A DNA stretch of 64,000 nt from Candidatus Bathyarchaeota archaeon (GCA_963782525.1 CAWAKC010000007.1:192001-256000); one strand, 5' to 3'. Numbered from the stretch's first letter, positions 1-10,601 are shown. Program-made: numbers and translations. Notes: generated by a model from the letters alone, not told the origin.

Positions 1-7
1 CGACAAA

Positions 8-922
8 CTAACCAAGATAGGCTAAATCCTTCGCGTAGGGCAAGCCTGCGCGGGCGCCCATAGCCAACACTTTTCGGGACCCAACAAAATTGCCCAGTTG
101 ACCGCATTCGTAGAGACTTTTTTCGTGGATTAAACCGTAGAGAAAGCCCGCGTTGAAAGCATCTCCCGCGCCGGTGGTGTCGAGTGCTTTAACTTTGAAG
201 GGTTCCACACTGAGATGTTCTTGACCATCCGTAACGTAGCAACCTTTGCTTCCGAGTTTCACCGCCACGATCTTGACGCCCATACCAATCATGAAATCGG
301 CGCCTCTACGAAAGTCTTCTTCGCCTGTTAACAGTTCAAGTTCAGCCGCATTAGGCATCAAAACGTGGGAGTTCTTAATTAGGGGTTCTATGACGCCGAA
401 ACCTTTTTGTGCATACACAGAGCCCGGATCGAAGCTGATTTCGACCCCTTCAGGCAAGGCGCTTAAGAGTTTTTTTTGTGCACGGAACGATTTTTCACCT
501 ACAAAAGAGGATAGGTGGACGAGTTTGGTTTGGGAAACGTATTCGTATTTGATTTCTCTGGGCTCGATTAAGTCGTTGACGCCTGAGTTAATGTAGAGTG
601 TTCTTGCGCCTGTTCTGTCCACGAAACCCATCACTGAGCCGCTTCTGCCCTTTGTTGTATCGATGATTCCGCGGGTGTCCACGCCTTCGGCTTTGAAGCA
701 GTCAAGCTGCAGTTTGCCTTCGCGGTCGCCAGCAACTTTTCCTATGAAACCAACTTTGCAGCCAAGCCTAGCTAGCCCTACAATCGTGTTTGCGGCTGAG
801 CCTCCGCAGGCTTCCTTGTAGTCTTCGATGAAGCTTTCTTTTTCAGCGGTTGCAAATTTGTCTACTTTGAAGAGCATGTCAACGTTGAGTGCTCCGAATC
901 CTATTACGTCAAATTTTGTCAT
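8..922 (-). CDS. PfkB-family carbohydrate/nucleoside kinase (EhaT-like)
   Basis: GGSAAN N-terminal PfkB signature and [13 protein letters not shown]-terminal signature; overlaps the upstream gene by 4 nt. Confidence 0.9.
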   Translation of the reverse strand: MTKFDVIGFGALNVDMLFKVDKFATAEKESFIEDYKEACGGSAANTIVGLARLGCKVGFIGKVAGDREGKLQLDCFKAEGVDTRGIIDTTKGRSGSVMGFVDRTGARTLYINSGVNDLIEPREIKYEYVSQTKLVHLSSFVGEKSFRAQKKLLSALPEGVEISFDPGSVYAQKGFGVIEPLIKNSHVLMPNAAELELLTGEEDFRRGADFMIGMGVKIVAVKLGSKGCYVTDGQEHLSVEPFKVKALDTTGAGDAFNAGFLYGLIHEKSLYECGQLGNFVGSRKVLAMGARAGLPYAKDLAYLG

Positions 923-1827
923 ACAAACAACTCTTTTAATGGGATTTTGTGTTCGCCCAGTTTGCCGCCGTAGTTACCAGCGGATATCCGCACGACGCCA
1001 TCTACGTCTAATACGGCTTTTATTCCTGCTTTGGTGGCTTCTTTAACAGCGTCTATGGAAATGCCGTCGAAAACGATTTCGGCGATGTAGTTGACGCCTT
1101 CTGGAACCTTCGATTCCTTGCCTAAGCGTGATTTAAGCGAGGGACAGTACAGGTGGTTGGTGGTAGGCCCTATTTTCGGATAATGGGTTTCGGGTTTGGA
1201 ACCAGCTGAACAGATATCAAAGGTAGTCACGACGCCATACACTTTGTGAATTGCCTTCAGGGCTTTGGCGCCCGCGTAATTAAGCGCCTCTTTTGATGTG
1301 CACATTATCCAAAAGTTGCCGCCCATAACACCCCGAGCGTAACCAAGATACCGTTCAATAACAAAGTCAGGAACCATAAGTGGAACAACGATGACTTCTC
1401 TACCAAAACGCTTTTCGACCCACTCATAGCCATCGCCGCAGTGACCCACACTCTCCATCATGTCTAACTTGCCCTCGGACCTTGGTAAAGCATCAAAAAC
1501 GGCGGTGAAGGGTTTAACGAGGATGTCTTGGCGGATGCGGTAAGAGAGTTCGGTTTCGAACTTTTTTAGTGATTCCGCGAAAGTTTTTTTGGGATTGATT
1601 TCGCCCCAAAACTGCAAGGTTGCGCCCATGCGTTTGTCGGGTGTTTCGTTTGGGTTTAGGTATTTTTCTACGCCACCTTCAGTTCTGCCAATGACAACCG
1701 ACGGAGTCGCTGTGGAGTCTTCAGCTGCCTTACGCATACTCTGTTCATCATCCGCAGTAATAATTACCCTGCAAAAAAGCCCCGTAAACGCTTCAGCGTA
1801 AGTGTCTTCGATTACTGCTTTACCCAT
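919..1827 (-). CDS. Formylmethanofuran:H4MPT formyltransferase-like protein (divergent Ftr paralog, EhaS-like)
   Basis: IEDTYAEAF start, [21 protein letters not shown] and [10 protein letters not shown] Ftr motifs; [12 protein letters not shown] replaces the canonical RIGQCVLT.PTT. Confidence 0.85.
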   Translation of the reverse strand: MGKAVIEDTYAEAFTGLFCRVIITADDEQSMRKAAEDSTATPSVVIGRTEGGVEKYLNPNETPDKRMGATLQFWGEINPKKTFAESLKKFETELSYRIRQDILVKPFTAVFDALPRSEGKLDMMESVGHCGDGYEWVEKRFGREVIVVPLMVPDFVIERYLGYARGVMGGNFWIMCTSKEALNYAGAKALKAIHKVYGVVTTFDICSAGSKPETHYPKIGPTTNHLYCPSLKSRLGKESKVPEGVNYIAEIVFDGISIDAVKEATKAGIKAVLDVDGVVRISAGNYGGKLGEHKIPLKELFV

Positions 1828-2910
1828 TTATCCAAGTCTCCCGATGGCTACTCCACGAACGCTCTTCCTAAACGCACTGCTCTCTTTTATGAGTGATTCC
1901 ATATTTTTGGCTGAAACTATTTGAATTTTGGGCAGGGCATCAGGGTACAGGGTTGAAAGCTGTTTGAGAAGGGCCTCGTCAACCGTAATTTTATTAAGAG
2001 ATTCATAATCCCATGAACCAAGAGCCTTCAGGGTTTTTGCTTTGCCAAACTTGCAGAATAAGTCAACTATCACTGCCGTGACTAGGTTGCTTTCTGACTG
2101 TACAGCCACCTCAGCGTTCTTCACTGCATAGCTGTTTCCGTTGAAAGACACAGTTAAGCCGCCGTAATCGCGGATAAGTTTGAAGGCTTCCACGTCAGTT
2201 ATGCTGTCGCCCACATACATGACATCCCCTAATCCCACTCCTAATCGTTTCGCTGCGTCACGAATAGATTCAGCTTTTTGTTCCCCACCAACCGTCACGA
2301 CATCGATGAGGAATTTTCCGACAAACATCTTAGGAATTAATCTCCAGAAAATCTCATCCAACCGTTGGATAATGGCTTGGTCGCGGATTGAAAAATCTTC
2401 GATTGTTTTTGCGTTCGGGGGAATATCGATTAGGTGCATATTTGCGATTTCTTGCGCTATTTCCCTCAACAGCTCTTTCTCTTTGGGGGTTATGGGGATT
2501 TTGTCGAGGGCTACTTTTGTGCAGTAAGTGTTCTTGTAGGGGAATTCGACTGCTTTGCAGAGTGCTTTGATGTAATGCTCGTAGCTAGTGCTAACGATAA
2601 AGGAATCAGCTATTTTTTGTATATGGTTTAGGGTGATTTTGCTGTTGGAGATTAGTATTAAGTTTTTTGAAGAGAAATCGTCCATCTGGCTATCAGTTAT
2701 TCCGTAAGCTTTGAAAAAGGGCAAAATCAACTTTAGCGTGCTTCCGGCGGAGTAACCAGGCTTCTTTATCGCATCAGCCAAAACGTCATCGTAGAGGCTG
2801 ATATTTGTGAAAAATTTGTCGCCATTTGGAATAAAATTTTCAGCTAACTCGAAAGCGTTATCGTTTTTGGAAATGGGCCCTTCGCAGTCGGAAACAAAGA
2901 TCCGTTTCAA
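1828..2910 (-). CDS. HAD-superfamily hydrolase, EhaR-like
   Basis: N-terminal DCEGPISKNDNA (HAD motif I variant), IVSTSY, YVGDSITD (motif IV), SFNGN. Confidence 0.75.
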   Translation of the reverse strand: MKRIFVSDCEGPISKNDNAFELAENFIPNGDKFFTNISLYDDVLADAIKKPGYSAGSTLKLILPFFKAYGITDSQMDDFSSKNLILISNSKITLNHIQKIADSFIVSTSYEHYIKALCKAVEFPYKNTYCTKVALDKIPITPKEKELLREIAQEIANMHLIDIPPNAKTIEDFSIRDQAIIQRLDEIFWRLIPKMFVGKFLIDVVTVGGEQKAESIRDAAKRLGVGLGDVMYVGDSITDVEAFKLIRDYGGLTVSFNGNSYAVKNAEVAVQSESNLVTAVIVDLFCKFGKAKTLKALGSWDYESLNKITVDEALLKQLSTLYPDALPKIQIVSAKNMESLIKESSAFRKSVRGVAIGRLG

Positions 2911-4328
2911 CGTTTGTGCCTCAACTTATCCATGTGAGTGATGCTTTTGGCTATGTGTTGTTTTGAGGCGACGTCGGTTCGGTTCCAGAGTGCACCGCCC
3001 GTGATAGTAATGGCGCCTTCTTGGCTGATTTGGCGTGCTTCCTCGATACTGCTACCGATGCCAAGGACGCCGATAGCGCGAGATTTAAGCGCGTAGTTTT
3101 TACCATCTCGCAGTTCCATAGAGCCAGGGTAGATTCGGATTTTATTTCCGTACTTTTTAGTTAATTCCTGAGCTTTTGTGAGGTCAACTGGCGTATTGAT
3201 GACGGTTTTATCAACTATGTTTGAGAATGTTTCTGCGTAACCGCCGTAGTCTGCCGGGACTTTATAGGTTAGAACTGTCGCAGACTTCTCCATCACAACG
3301 CCTCTGAGATTACCATCCGCCATTTTAAGGCAGACATCTACGAAGTCGTCTTTTATGATTGGGAGGAGGTTCATGATTTCAGGGTCACCCGGGCGGCTGT
3401 TAATTTCGAGGATTTTGATGCCCTTGCCTGTATGCATAAAAGCAAGGTACAATGGGACACCACGAAGCGCGGTGTCATCGCTGATTTTTGCTTTCCAACC
3501 TGTGAAAACTTTGTTGGCCAAAACCAGTTCCTGTTCACGTTCAGCAGCTGTTAAGAACGGCAGCCAATCAACAACGTCCTTGTAGGAACCCATGCCACCC
3601 GTGTTGGGTCCTTTGTCGTCGTCGAAGGCACGTTTGTAGTCACGGGTGTCGGGCAAGGGGATGAAGTGTTTGCCGTCGCAGAAGCCCATGCAGCTGGATT
3701 CTTCACCATCGATTTTTTCTTCGATAATAACTGAACCGTATTTGAAGTTGGACATAAAGTGCTCAAAAAGTTGCTCGCGGTTTACAAAGTGATCGCCCCA
3801 GACGCCAACGCCTTTGCCCAAGGCGGGTTTGTCGGGTTTAACAACGGCTTGGTTGTCCAATTCATCCAGCCATTGGTAAACATCTTTCCGTACATCTTTT
3901 CCTTTGTAATCGGCTGGGTGAAAAACTTTGAAGCGCGGGTTAGCTTCAGGCGCTATCTCTTCGAAAAGCACTCTTTGAGCAACTTTGCTTTCTTCTATAG
4001 CGTATTCTTTGGTGGGGCAAATAACGGGTATGCCAGTTTGTTTCTCGATTAGGTCGCGTATTCCTTCGATTATAGGTTTCTCGGAGCCGACCAGAACAAA
4101 ATCGAGTTTGTCCTTGTTTTCCTCTGCGAATTTGCTGATTTCTTGGATGTCAAGGTTCGGGATAACCTTGTGTTTGGTAGCGTGCTCTGCATTGAAGGGG
4201 TTGCATTGTTTGTCGGCTACGTAGAGTTCCACCTGGTATTTTTTGCTTCTTAGAAGAGCATCTGCCATGGCGACTTCTCGTGCGCCGTAAGAAATAACTA
4301 GGACACCTACTTTTTCCATCCAAGACAC
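2907..4328 (-). CDS. purD: Phosphoribosylamine--glycine ligase
   Basis: GARE N-terminus, GKGV, DYKRAFDDDKGPNTGGMGS, EINSRPGDPE. Confidence 0.93.
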   Translation of the reverse strand: MSWMEKVGVLVISYGAREVAMADALLRSKKYQVELYVADKQCNPFNAEHATKHKVIPNLDIQEISKFAEENKDKLDFVLVGSEKPIIEGIRDLIEKQTGIPVICPTKEYAIEESKVAQRVLFEEIAPEANPRFKVFHPADYKGKDVRKDVYQWLDELDNQAVVKPDKPALGKGVGVWGDHFVNREQLFEHFMSNFKYGSVIIEEKIDGEESSCMGFCDGKHFIPLPDTRDYKRAFDDDKGPNTGGMGSYKDVVDWLPFLTAAEREQELVLANKVFTGWKAKISDDTALRGVPLYLAFMHTGKGIKILEINSRPGDPEIMNLLPIIKDDFVDVCLKMADGNLRGVVMEKSATVLTYKVPADYGGYAETFSNIVDKTVINTPVDLTKAQELTKKYGNKIRIYPGSMELRDGKNYALKSRAIGVLGIGSSIEEARQISQEGAITITGGALWNRTDVASKQHIAKSITHMDKLRHKR

Positions 4329-4367
4329 CGTTAGTGAATAGACATTGCAGGGAACGCTTAATAGCAG

Positions 4368-5852
4368 TTACGCCTGAGCTTCTTCGGATTCGTAGATTCT
4401 GTTTTTCTCTTCGAAGCCTTCTTGGAAGCGTTTTTTCATTATGGTAGCCATTTTCTGCGCACACGGCGTTGGATACTTGCCTGTGACGCAGGCTAAGCAA
4501 AGCTCGTTTTCTGTACAACCTATCGCTCGAATGAGTCCCTCGAGGGATTGGTAGCATACGGCATCTGCACCAATGATTTTAGCGATTCCCGCTGGATCTT
4601 GTCTTGAACCGATGAGTTGCCCATATGTTGACATGTCGATGCCGTATAAGCAGGGACCAATTATACGTGGGAAAGTTACGAAGACATAGACTTTTTTGGC
4701 GCCTACTTTCCGCAGTTTCTCGATGATCACTTTGGTTGTATCTCCGCGGACGATACTGTCCTCGGTTATTATGACACGTTTCCCTGCAACTTTGCTGCCT
4801 AAAATGTTAATTTTCTTATCAATAGTCGAGAACCGTTCCGTATTCAGCAGAATAAAGGCTCGTTCGGTAACGTAGCGATGTCGCCTTGAAGCTCGTTCCC
4901 AACGTAAACCTGACTCTTCATGAACCCCCATCGCAGAGTCGTCGCCAGTCTCAGGAACCGACATGATTATGTCGCCGTCCTTGGCGATTTCTGGGAATTC
5001 CCTCACGATATTTCTGCCGAATTCCTCGCGCATTTCATAGACGTATTTGTCGCCGCCGAAAGTTGAGTCGGGCCTTGCAAAATAAGCGTACTCAAAAGCG
5101 CAGAAGGCTTCACGAGGGTTTTGGATAAGTTGGGTGCGTTTGAAGCCATCAGGTGAAACTGTTACGAGTTCGCCCGGTTTTAATTCAAAATCTTGCACAA
5201 AACTGTTCATGTCCAAGCTGACGGTTTCAGATGAAAAAGCAAACGTTTTCCCATTTGGGTCATGTCCAGCGCACAGGGGTTTTATGCCATGCGGGTCCTT
5301 GAATGCAAAGAATTCTCCGTCTCCCGTTATACCTGTTACTGAAAACGCTCCATCTAAGCTCTCCATTACGTTGCGAGCGGCAGCCTCCAAAGTTTTGCCC
5401 TGCTTAAGTCCCAGAAGGAATTTGTGACAGACAATGTCGGAGTCGCAGTTGTAGATGAAGTCCGAGAAGTTTTGGTTCATTTCTTTTTTTAGTGGCATCG
5501 TGTTGACGATATTGCCGTTAAATGAGAGGGCAACTGTTATTCCATCACTGGATGCAACGACTGGCTGAGTGCCGTCAATTATTGACACATCGTCACATTT
5601 GCCCGATGTTGTGTACCTTACGTTGCCTATGCCTATGGATCCGGGCAAGCGGCCAAACCATTCTTGGATAGCGTTGCTCTTGACTTTAGGGACTAGATCC
5701 AAGTTCTTGTAGGTGAAGAATTGTTTGTCGCTGTATGTTAGGAAACCATGTGATTGGTGTCCCCTATGGTTCTGTGCACGTAAACCCCAATAAACATACG
5801 GAAAAACTGGTTGATTATCATAATTTATTGCCCCAAAGATACCGCAGCCTAT
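4368..5852 (-). CDS. purF: Amidophosphoribosyltransferase (Fe-S type); true start is upstream of the ORF-track start, at an ATA codon
   Basis: Reading frame extends 150 nt upstream of 5702 to (M)GCGIFG...QNHRGHQSHG; VRYTTSG, FNGNI, EDSIVRGDT; cluster Cys in CAFE, PCLYG, CLAC. Confidence 0.93.
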   Translation of the reverse strand: MGCGIFGAINYDNQPVFPYVYWGLRAQNHRGHQSHGFLTYSDKQFFTYKNLDLVPKVKSNAIQEWFGRLPGSIGIGNVRYTTSGKCDDVSIIDGTQPVVASSDGITVALSFNGNIVNTMPLKKEMNQNFSDFIYNCDSDIVCHKFLLGLKQGKTLEAAARNVMESLDGAFSVTGITGDGEFFAFKDPHGIKPLCAGHDPNGKTFAFSSETVSLDMNSFVQDFELKPGELVTVSPDGFKRTQLIQNPREAFCAFEYAYFARPDSTFGGDKYVYEMREEFGRNIVREFPEIAKDGDIIMSVPETGDDSAMGVHEESGLRWERASRRHRYVTERAFILLNTERFSTIDKKINILGSKVAGKRVIITEDSIVRGDTTKVIIEKLRKVGAKKVYVFVTFPRIIGPCLYGIDMSTYGQLIGSRQDPAGIAKIIGADAVCYQSLEGLIRAIGCTENELCLACVTGKYPTPCAQKMATIMKKRFQEGFEEKNRIYESEEAQA

Positions 5853-6007
5853 TTTTCAGTCCCCTCAAGCAGTAAATGCTCATAGATTGAAAGAAGGGGT
5901 TTATACGCTTTTAGTACAAATTTACGTATAAACCATGGGGTTTTTGACATAATACAGATTAGCAGAAACGGGGGAGGAAAAAATAATTCTAAAAAGAAAA
6001 GGAAGGA

Positions 6008-6421
6008 TTATGGTTTTTGCGTGTACTCCAGCATGCCAAAAGCGTTGCCATCGGGGTCAAGCGCCAGTGCCCACCAGCCTATGCCCGGAATCTCCATCTT
6101 CTGCTGGATTATTTTGCCGCCTAACGCCTCCACCTTCTTGCTGTATTCCTCTACAGACTCCACTGAAATGTAGTTTATTGGCGTAGCCCTCTCCGGCATT
6201 GAAGCATCCTTTTTCTCGTACAGTCCACCATTGACGCCTGGTCGAATCGGCATCATGGTTTTTTCATCCACGGGAACCGTTCCGACAAGATAATAGACGG
6301 TTGGTCCAGGATACTTATTCATCGTCCATCCAAACAAATCCATATAAAATTTCTTTAACTTCTCGATGTCATTGGCTGGAATTTCAAAATGTACAATTGT
6401 ATGGTCCACAAAAATCACCAA
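6008..6421 (-). CDS. VOC/glyoxalase-family protein
   Basis: IVHFEIPA...FYMDLFGW, GINGG-like motif, DPDGNAFG; likely start is the GTG at about 6409. Confidence 0.85.
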   Translation of the reverse strand: MVIFVDHTIVHFEIPANDIEKLKKFYMDLFGWTMNKYPGPTVYYLVGTVPVDEKTMMPIRPGVNGGLYEKKDASMPERATPINYISVESVEEYSKKVEALGGKIIQQKMEIPGIGWWALALDPDGNAFGMLEYTQKP

Positions 6422-6507
6422 TTTCTAGAAATTGGGCGGATTATAAAAGAATTTCTTAAAAGCTAAATTGAATAAAAAATAAAAATAAAATGAGAAGGGG
6501 GATGGCT

Positions 6508-7941
6508 TTATGGTTGCCATTTTTCAATAAGGTACTTGGGTATCTCTGAGCTGTCGCGTGGTCCAACTTGGACTTTCCAGCCGCTGAGTTCTTCGATTTC
6601 GCCGCTGATGCGTGAGGCTTTGCCAGGGATGATGATTTTGCGGTGTTTGACTTTCTGTTCTATGCCGCTGGCTTTGATTGCTTCTGCGACTCTTTCGGCT
6701 GTGAGTTTGCGTCCTGCGACTCCGCTGTCGATTGCTGAGCCCTCTGTTTCGACGACGATTAAGTAGGCGTTGAGTTTGTTTGCTTCGATGTCTGAGGCGA
6801 CTGTGTAGTAGGTAAGGGCGAAGTTTGATGTGAACATGACTGGTGAGTTCTCGTCTGGGGTGCCGTAGACTTTGAGGCCTGGTGCGACTGCGACTGGTTT
6901 GCGTGGATCAGTGTAGATGTTCTGGCGTAGTACGGTTGTTGGTAGGAGTGCCCATCCGTCGTTGCCGTGCATGATTAATACGTCTGCGTACCGGACTACG
7001 AGCATGGATGCAATGTATGCTTCGCGCCATTTTACGAGGTCGTCTGCTGTTTCGCCTTTATCTACCCAAGCGACCATGGGGACGCCGAGTAGAGGTAAGC
7101 CTGCGAGTTCTTCGCCGCCTTTGGTTGCTGCTCTTCGGAGCATGGTAAAGTTGTCGATTGTGTCTGGTAAGCCTTCGTTTATGAATGTGCCAGGGTCTAG
7201 GACGATGTCTTTTACGCCGTAAGCCATCAGGGTTTTTGCGAGTGAGACGAGGGTTGTTAGGTCGTTTGGTGCAGATGCGACTATTGGGCAATCGTACATT
7301 AAAGCGAGTTCTGCCATGTCTTTCCAGTTGGTTTGGTTTGCTGCGTAGAGGAGTGGTCTTGCTTTTGGTGCTGCCATTAAGCCTGCTTCAGCGATTGCTG
7401 GGCTCATGGTGCAGAGAATCATAGGCAACTTTGTGGTATCTGAAACTTTTTTGACTGTTGCCTTGAATTTGTCTGCATCACCTGAAGTGCAACGAACTGC
7501 TATCATGTCGAGTTTTAGGGTGTTTCCGATGTATTCGAAAGTAAAGTTATCTGTTTTTTGGACGCGTGAGACAATTTCGGCATCGCTCATTTCGTCAGTT
7601 ACGTCGATTGCGATGGCTGTTGGGTTTTTATATGTGAATTCGTGGCGGTACATGACTAGTTTGCCGCCGATTTTTTTGGCTTTGTCGCCGACGCCTACGA
7701 TGACTTCTTTGACTGCTGGTTTTAGGAGTTCTTTGAGTACAGCGTATGCTTTGGCGTTTTCGGGTTTGAGGAGTGGTTTGCAACTGTCGAGTTCTACTTC
7801 GCGGTTGACAATTTTTGTGGCGAATGCCATGCAGTTGTTGACGCCGCATTCTTTGCAGTTAATTTTTGGCAAGCTCTTGTAAATGGTTATGGGGCTTAGT
7901 TCTTTTAATCCGCCTTTTTTCTTTTCTGCCATATTAGTCAT
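6508..7941 (-). CDS. cdhE: ACDS complex gamma subunit (corrinoid Fe-S protein large subunit)
   Basis: LPKINCKECGVNNCMAFA 4Fe-4S motif, IYTDPRKP, NFALTYYTV, VGPRDSS. Confidence 0.95.
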   Translation of the reverse strand: MTNMAEKKKGGLKELSPITIYKSLPKINCKECGVNNCMAFATKIVNREVELDSCKPLLKPENAKAYAVLKELLKPAVKEVIVGVGDKAKKIGGKLVMYRHEFTYKNPTAIAIDVTDEMSDAEIVSRVQKTDNFTFEYIGNTLKLDMIAVRCTSGDADKFKATVKKVSDTTKLPMILCTMSPAIAEAGLMAAPKARPLLYAANQTNWKDMAELALMYDCPIVASAPNDLTTLVSLAKTLMAYGVKDIVLDPGTFINEGLPDTIDNFTMLRRAATKGGEELAGLPLLGVPMVAWVDKGETADDLVKWREAYIASMLVVRYADVLIMHGNDGWALLPTTVLRQNIYTDPRKPVAVAPGLKVYGTPDENSPVMFTSNFALTYYTVASDIEANKLNAYLIVVETEGSAIDSGVAGRKLTAERVAEAIKASGIEQKVKHRKIIIPGKASRISGEIEELSGWKVQVGPRDSSEIPKYLIEKWQP

Positions 7942-7947
7942 GTCTCC

Positions 7948-9189
7948 TTAAGCTTTCACTGTGACCCAGTTTGCGTATTTTGATGGGTCTGCTTTTTTGC
8001 CGCTTGTTAGGTAGTTTGTGACGTCTTTTAGTGTTTTTACTGCTGCTGGATGCATCATCATGAATAGGTCTACGCCTGCAAGCAACAGTGTTATGGCTGT
8101 TGTTACTTCCCAGAGTGGACCTCTGAGTTCGCGTGGTTCCCATTGAGCATCCATCTTTAGCCAGGCTTCTCTTGCTGCCCAAGCGTTGGTTGTGCCTGAG
8201 GACATTGGGTGTGCGAGTTCAATGTCGCCCATTAAGCCGCCGATTCTTGCGCGTTCCATGTTTGTGAATGCGTAATCTAAGCCGTAGCCTAAGGCTGCTG
8301 TGGTTAGGTCCATAACGATGTCTTCTCTTGCGACGTAGTCATAGAGGCGTCTGTTTAATTCGCGTGCCAAGTTGAGGTCCATTGGTGTGAATGAGAGGAT
8401 TGCGTGGCCTGCTTTTTTGATGAATTTTGCGCATTTTTCGACATCCATGTCGCGTGTGACTGAGCTAATTAGGAAACGTTCGCCTGGGAATTGTGCGCAT
8501 ACTTCTTCGAAGACCGCTGTGTCTTTAACTGGGTCGCCGCATCCGCCTATAACGAGTGGAACGTCAACTGCTTGCAGGACTTTCTCTATGGTTTTGCATG
8601 CATCTTTTGGTGTTGCATCTTTGAGTAGTGGATCTACACTGATTAGGTGCATTGTAACCATGTCTGCGCCGAATTTGTCAACAGCAAGTTTTGCCCAAGC
8701 TGCGGGGTCGCCGACGACGTCTTTAACGTGCATCTTTACGGCCTTTGACAGTGGAACTTCCATGTCGAAAACGTCTAAGGTTACAATTGGTTTGTGTGTT
8801 GTTGGTGCTTCAAAATTGTAGTAAGCGGGAGATACTTCTCCGCCTATGAGGAATGATTTGCCGCGTGTTCCGCCTTCGCTTTTTGTTGCCCCTAGTTTTA
8901 CTGTGGTGATTTTGTTCGGGTATTTTTCGATTGGTGGTAAAAAGGGTACTTGCAGCATGCTTAGTGGTTTGCCACCTGCTATTGCCGCGGTTGGTGGAAG
9001 CTTAAGTTTAGGCATTATTTGGCCTGCTGCGCCTGATTCGAAGATGATTTCGAGTTCTTTAGCATCAATTTGGAAGTCTTCCAGCTCAATGGTCTGGAAT
9101 TTTGCAAGAGCTGCTAGTAGGTCTTCGCTTAGCTGTAGTCCTTCAGCGTCTTTCTTTTTGTCGTTGTCGTTTTGGGGCGTTGAAATCAC
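7948..9189 (-). CDS. cdhD: ACDS complex delta subunit
   Basis: GATKSEGGTR, DLTTAALGYGLDY, GTTNAWAAREAW, MMMHP. Confidence 0.95.
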   Translation of the reverse strand: MISTPQNDNDKKKDAEGLQLSEDLLAALAKFQTIELEDFQIDAKELEIIFESGAAGQIMPKLKLPPTAAIAGGKPLSMLQVPFLPPIEKYPNKITTVKLGATKSEGGTRGKSFLIGGEVSPAYYNFEAPTTHKPIVTLDVFDMEVPLSKAVKMHVKDVVGDPAAWAKLAVDKFGADMVTMHLISVDPLLKDATPKDACKTIEKVLQAVDVPLVIGGCGDPVKDTAVFEEVCAQFPGERFLISSVTRDMDVEKCAKFIKKAGHAILSFTPMDLNLARELNRRLYDYVAREDIVMDLTTAALGYGLDYAFTNMERARIGGLMGDIELAHPMSSGTTNAWAAREAWLKMDAQWEPRELRGPLWEVTTAITLLLAGVDLFMMMHPAAVKTLKDVTNYLTSGKKADPSKYANWVTVKA

Positions 9190-10598
9190 CGTTTGTCTTT
9201 GTTGTCTTTAACGGTTGTGATGATGACTTTGTTAGCGTAGATTTTTGCGTCTTTGAGTATGATTTTGAATCCGCCGGCCATAATTGGCATTGAGCTCATC
9301 GTTGCGACTGGCATCATGGTGCCTGCTGCTTCTTCGTTAACGGTTATGGCTTGTGCTTCTGCTGCTGGTGCTGCTTCTGCTGCCCATCTTGCTACGACTG
9401 GGTGATTCTTTGCTTTCAGGAATACTTTGAGTTCATCGACATTCTTGGCATCTTCTTCGGTTGCAATTTTGTCAACGACGTCTGCTGGGATGAAGTCTTT
9501 TACTTTTTCTTTTACTTCTTTAGGTACCCAAACGATGCGGTTCCATCCACCATCTGCAGCAAAGAATTTTTTGCTTCGCATGTATTCGATGGACATTCCG
9601 TGGAATCCGTCTATCTGTCGTCCGCCTGCTGCTGAATCTGCAAGGGTGCTGAAGGGTAAGCCGTTTACGGCTGCGCCTTTGAAGTTTCTTTGAACTACGC
9701 CTAATCCGTCAACTTCTGGGATATAGAAGGTTACTGCTTCGAAGCATCCGCATGAAGTGTGTGGATGGTCAAATGCTGTGTAGAGCCAGACCTTGGTGAC
9801 TTCGCCCATGCTGCGTTTCTTTGCGGCTTCGTTAACACCGCTGAATTCGCCTTTCTCTTCGTTGATCATTTCGCCTCGTGGAATTGCGAAGACTGGACCC
9901 TTAGGATCGATGCTTGCTGAGGCTTTACCGTCAAACCAGCTGATTGCACCGCAGTTGCTGTATCTTTGTGGAGTGATAATGCAGACGTGGCTTGGTGCGA
10001 ATGATTGGCAGAGTGCACATCCATAGAATGTGTCAACTTCGCTGTCTTTGAGGCCTCTGGCTTTTGCATCGCGTGATTCGTAGGCTTGCATTGCGTCAGG
10101 AGTCATTTCTTCGAGTTTTTTGGGGTCTGTTACGAAGGTAATTTGTACTTTCTCAATGATTGGTAGTTCACTTTTGAAGAGTCGCAGAAGTACTTGGCCG
10201 ATTGGTTCAAAACTGTTTAAGCCTTTAGCGAAGGATTTTTTGCCGATGCGTATCCAGATGTCATAGCGCTGGTTTAGGTGCATAAAGCCCTCGATGTAGT
10301 TTAGGTATCCGTGAATGCGTCTTTCTATGACACCTTCAAGGCCTGCATCGAGTTTTGCGCCTGCTGCTTCAACGAGGATGCCGAATGGGTATGCGCCGCC
10401 TTCTTTTAGGTCTTTTAAGTCTGGGCCAAGAATGGTGATTTTGCCATCTTGGATTTCATTCATGGGTTTTACTTTTGCCAATTCAAACTTTTGTTTGACT
10501 GTGGGTCCGCCGAGTTCTATTTGCATGTCGTTTCTTCGGATACGTTCTCCTTCGTAGATTACGCCAACTTCAACAGGTATATCTTTAAACATTGACAT
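9186..10598 (-). CDS. cdhC: ACDS complex beta subunit (acetyl-CoA synthase)
   Basis: YEGERIR, CALCQSFAPSHVC, PHTSCGCFE A-cluster motifs. Confidence 0.96.
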   Translation of the reverse strand: MSMFKDIPVEVGVIYEGERIRRNDMQIELGGPTVKQKFELAKVKPMNEIQDGKITILGPDLKDLKEGGAYPFGILVEAAGAKLDAGLEGVIERRIHGYLNYIEGFMHLNQRYDIWIRIGKKSFAKGLNSFEPIGQVLLRLFKSELPIIEKVQITFVTDPKKLEEMTPDAMQAYESRDAKARGLKDSEVDTFYGCALCQSFAPSHVCIITPQRYSNCGAISWFDGKASASIDPKGPVFAIPRGEMINEEKGEFSGVNEAAKKRSMGEVTKVWLYTAFDHPHTSCGCFEAVTFYIPEVDGLGVVQRNFKGAAVNGLPFSTLADSAAGGRQIDGFHGMSIEYMRSKKFFAADGGWNRIVWVPKEVKEKVKDFIPADVVDKIATEEDAKNVDELKVFLKAKNHPVVARWAAEAAPAAEAQAITVNEEAAGTMMPVATMSSMPIMAGGFKIILKDAKIYANKVIITTVKDNKDKR

Positions 10599-10601
10599 TT
10601 T

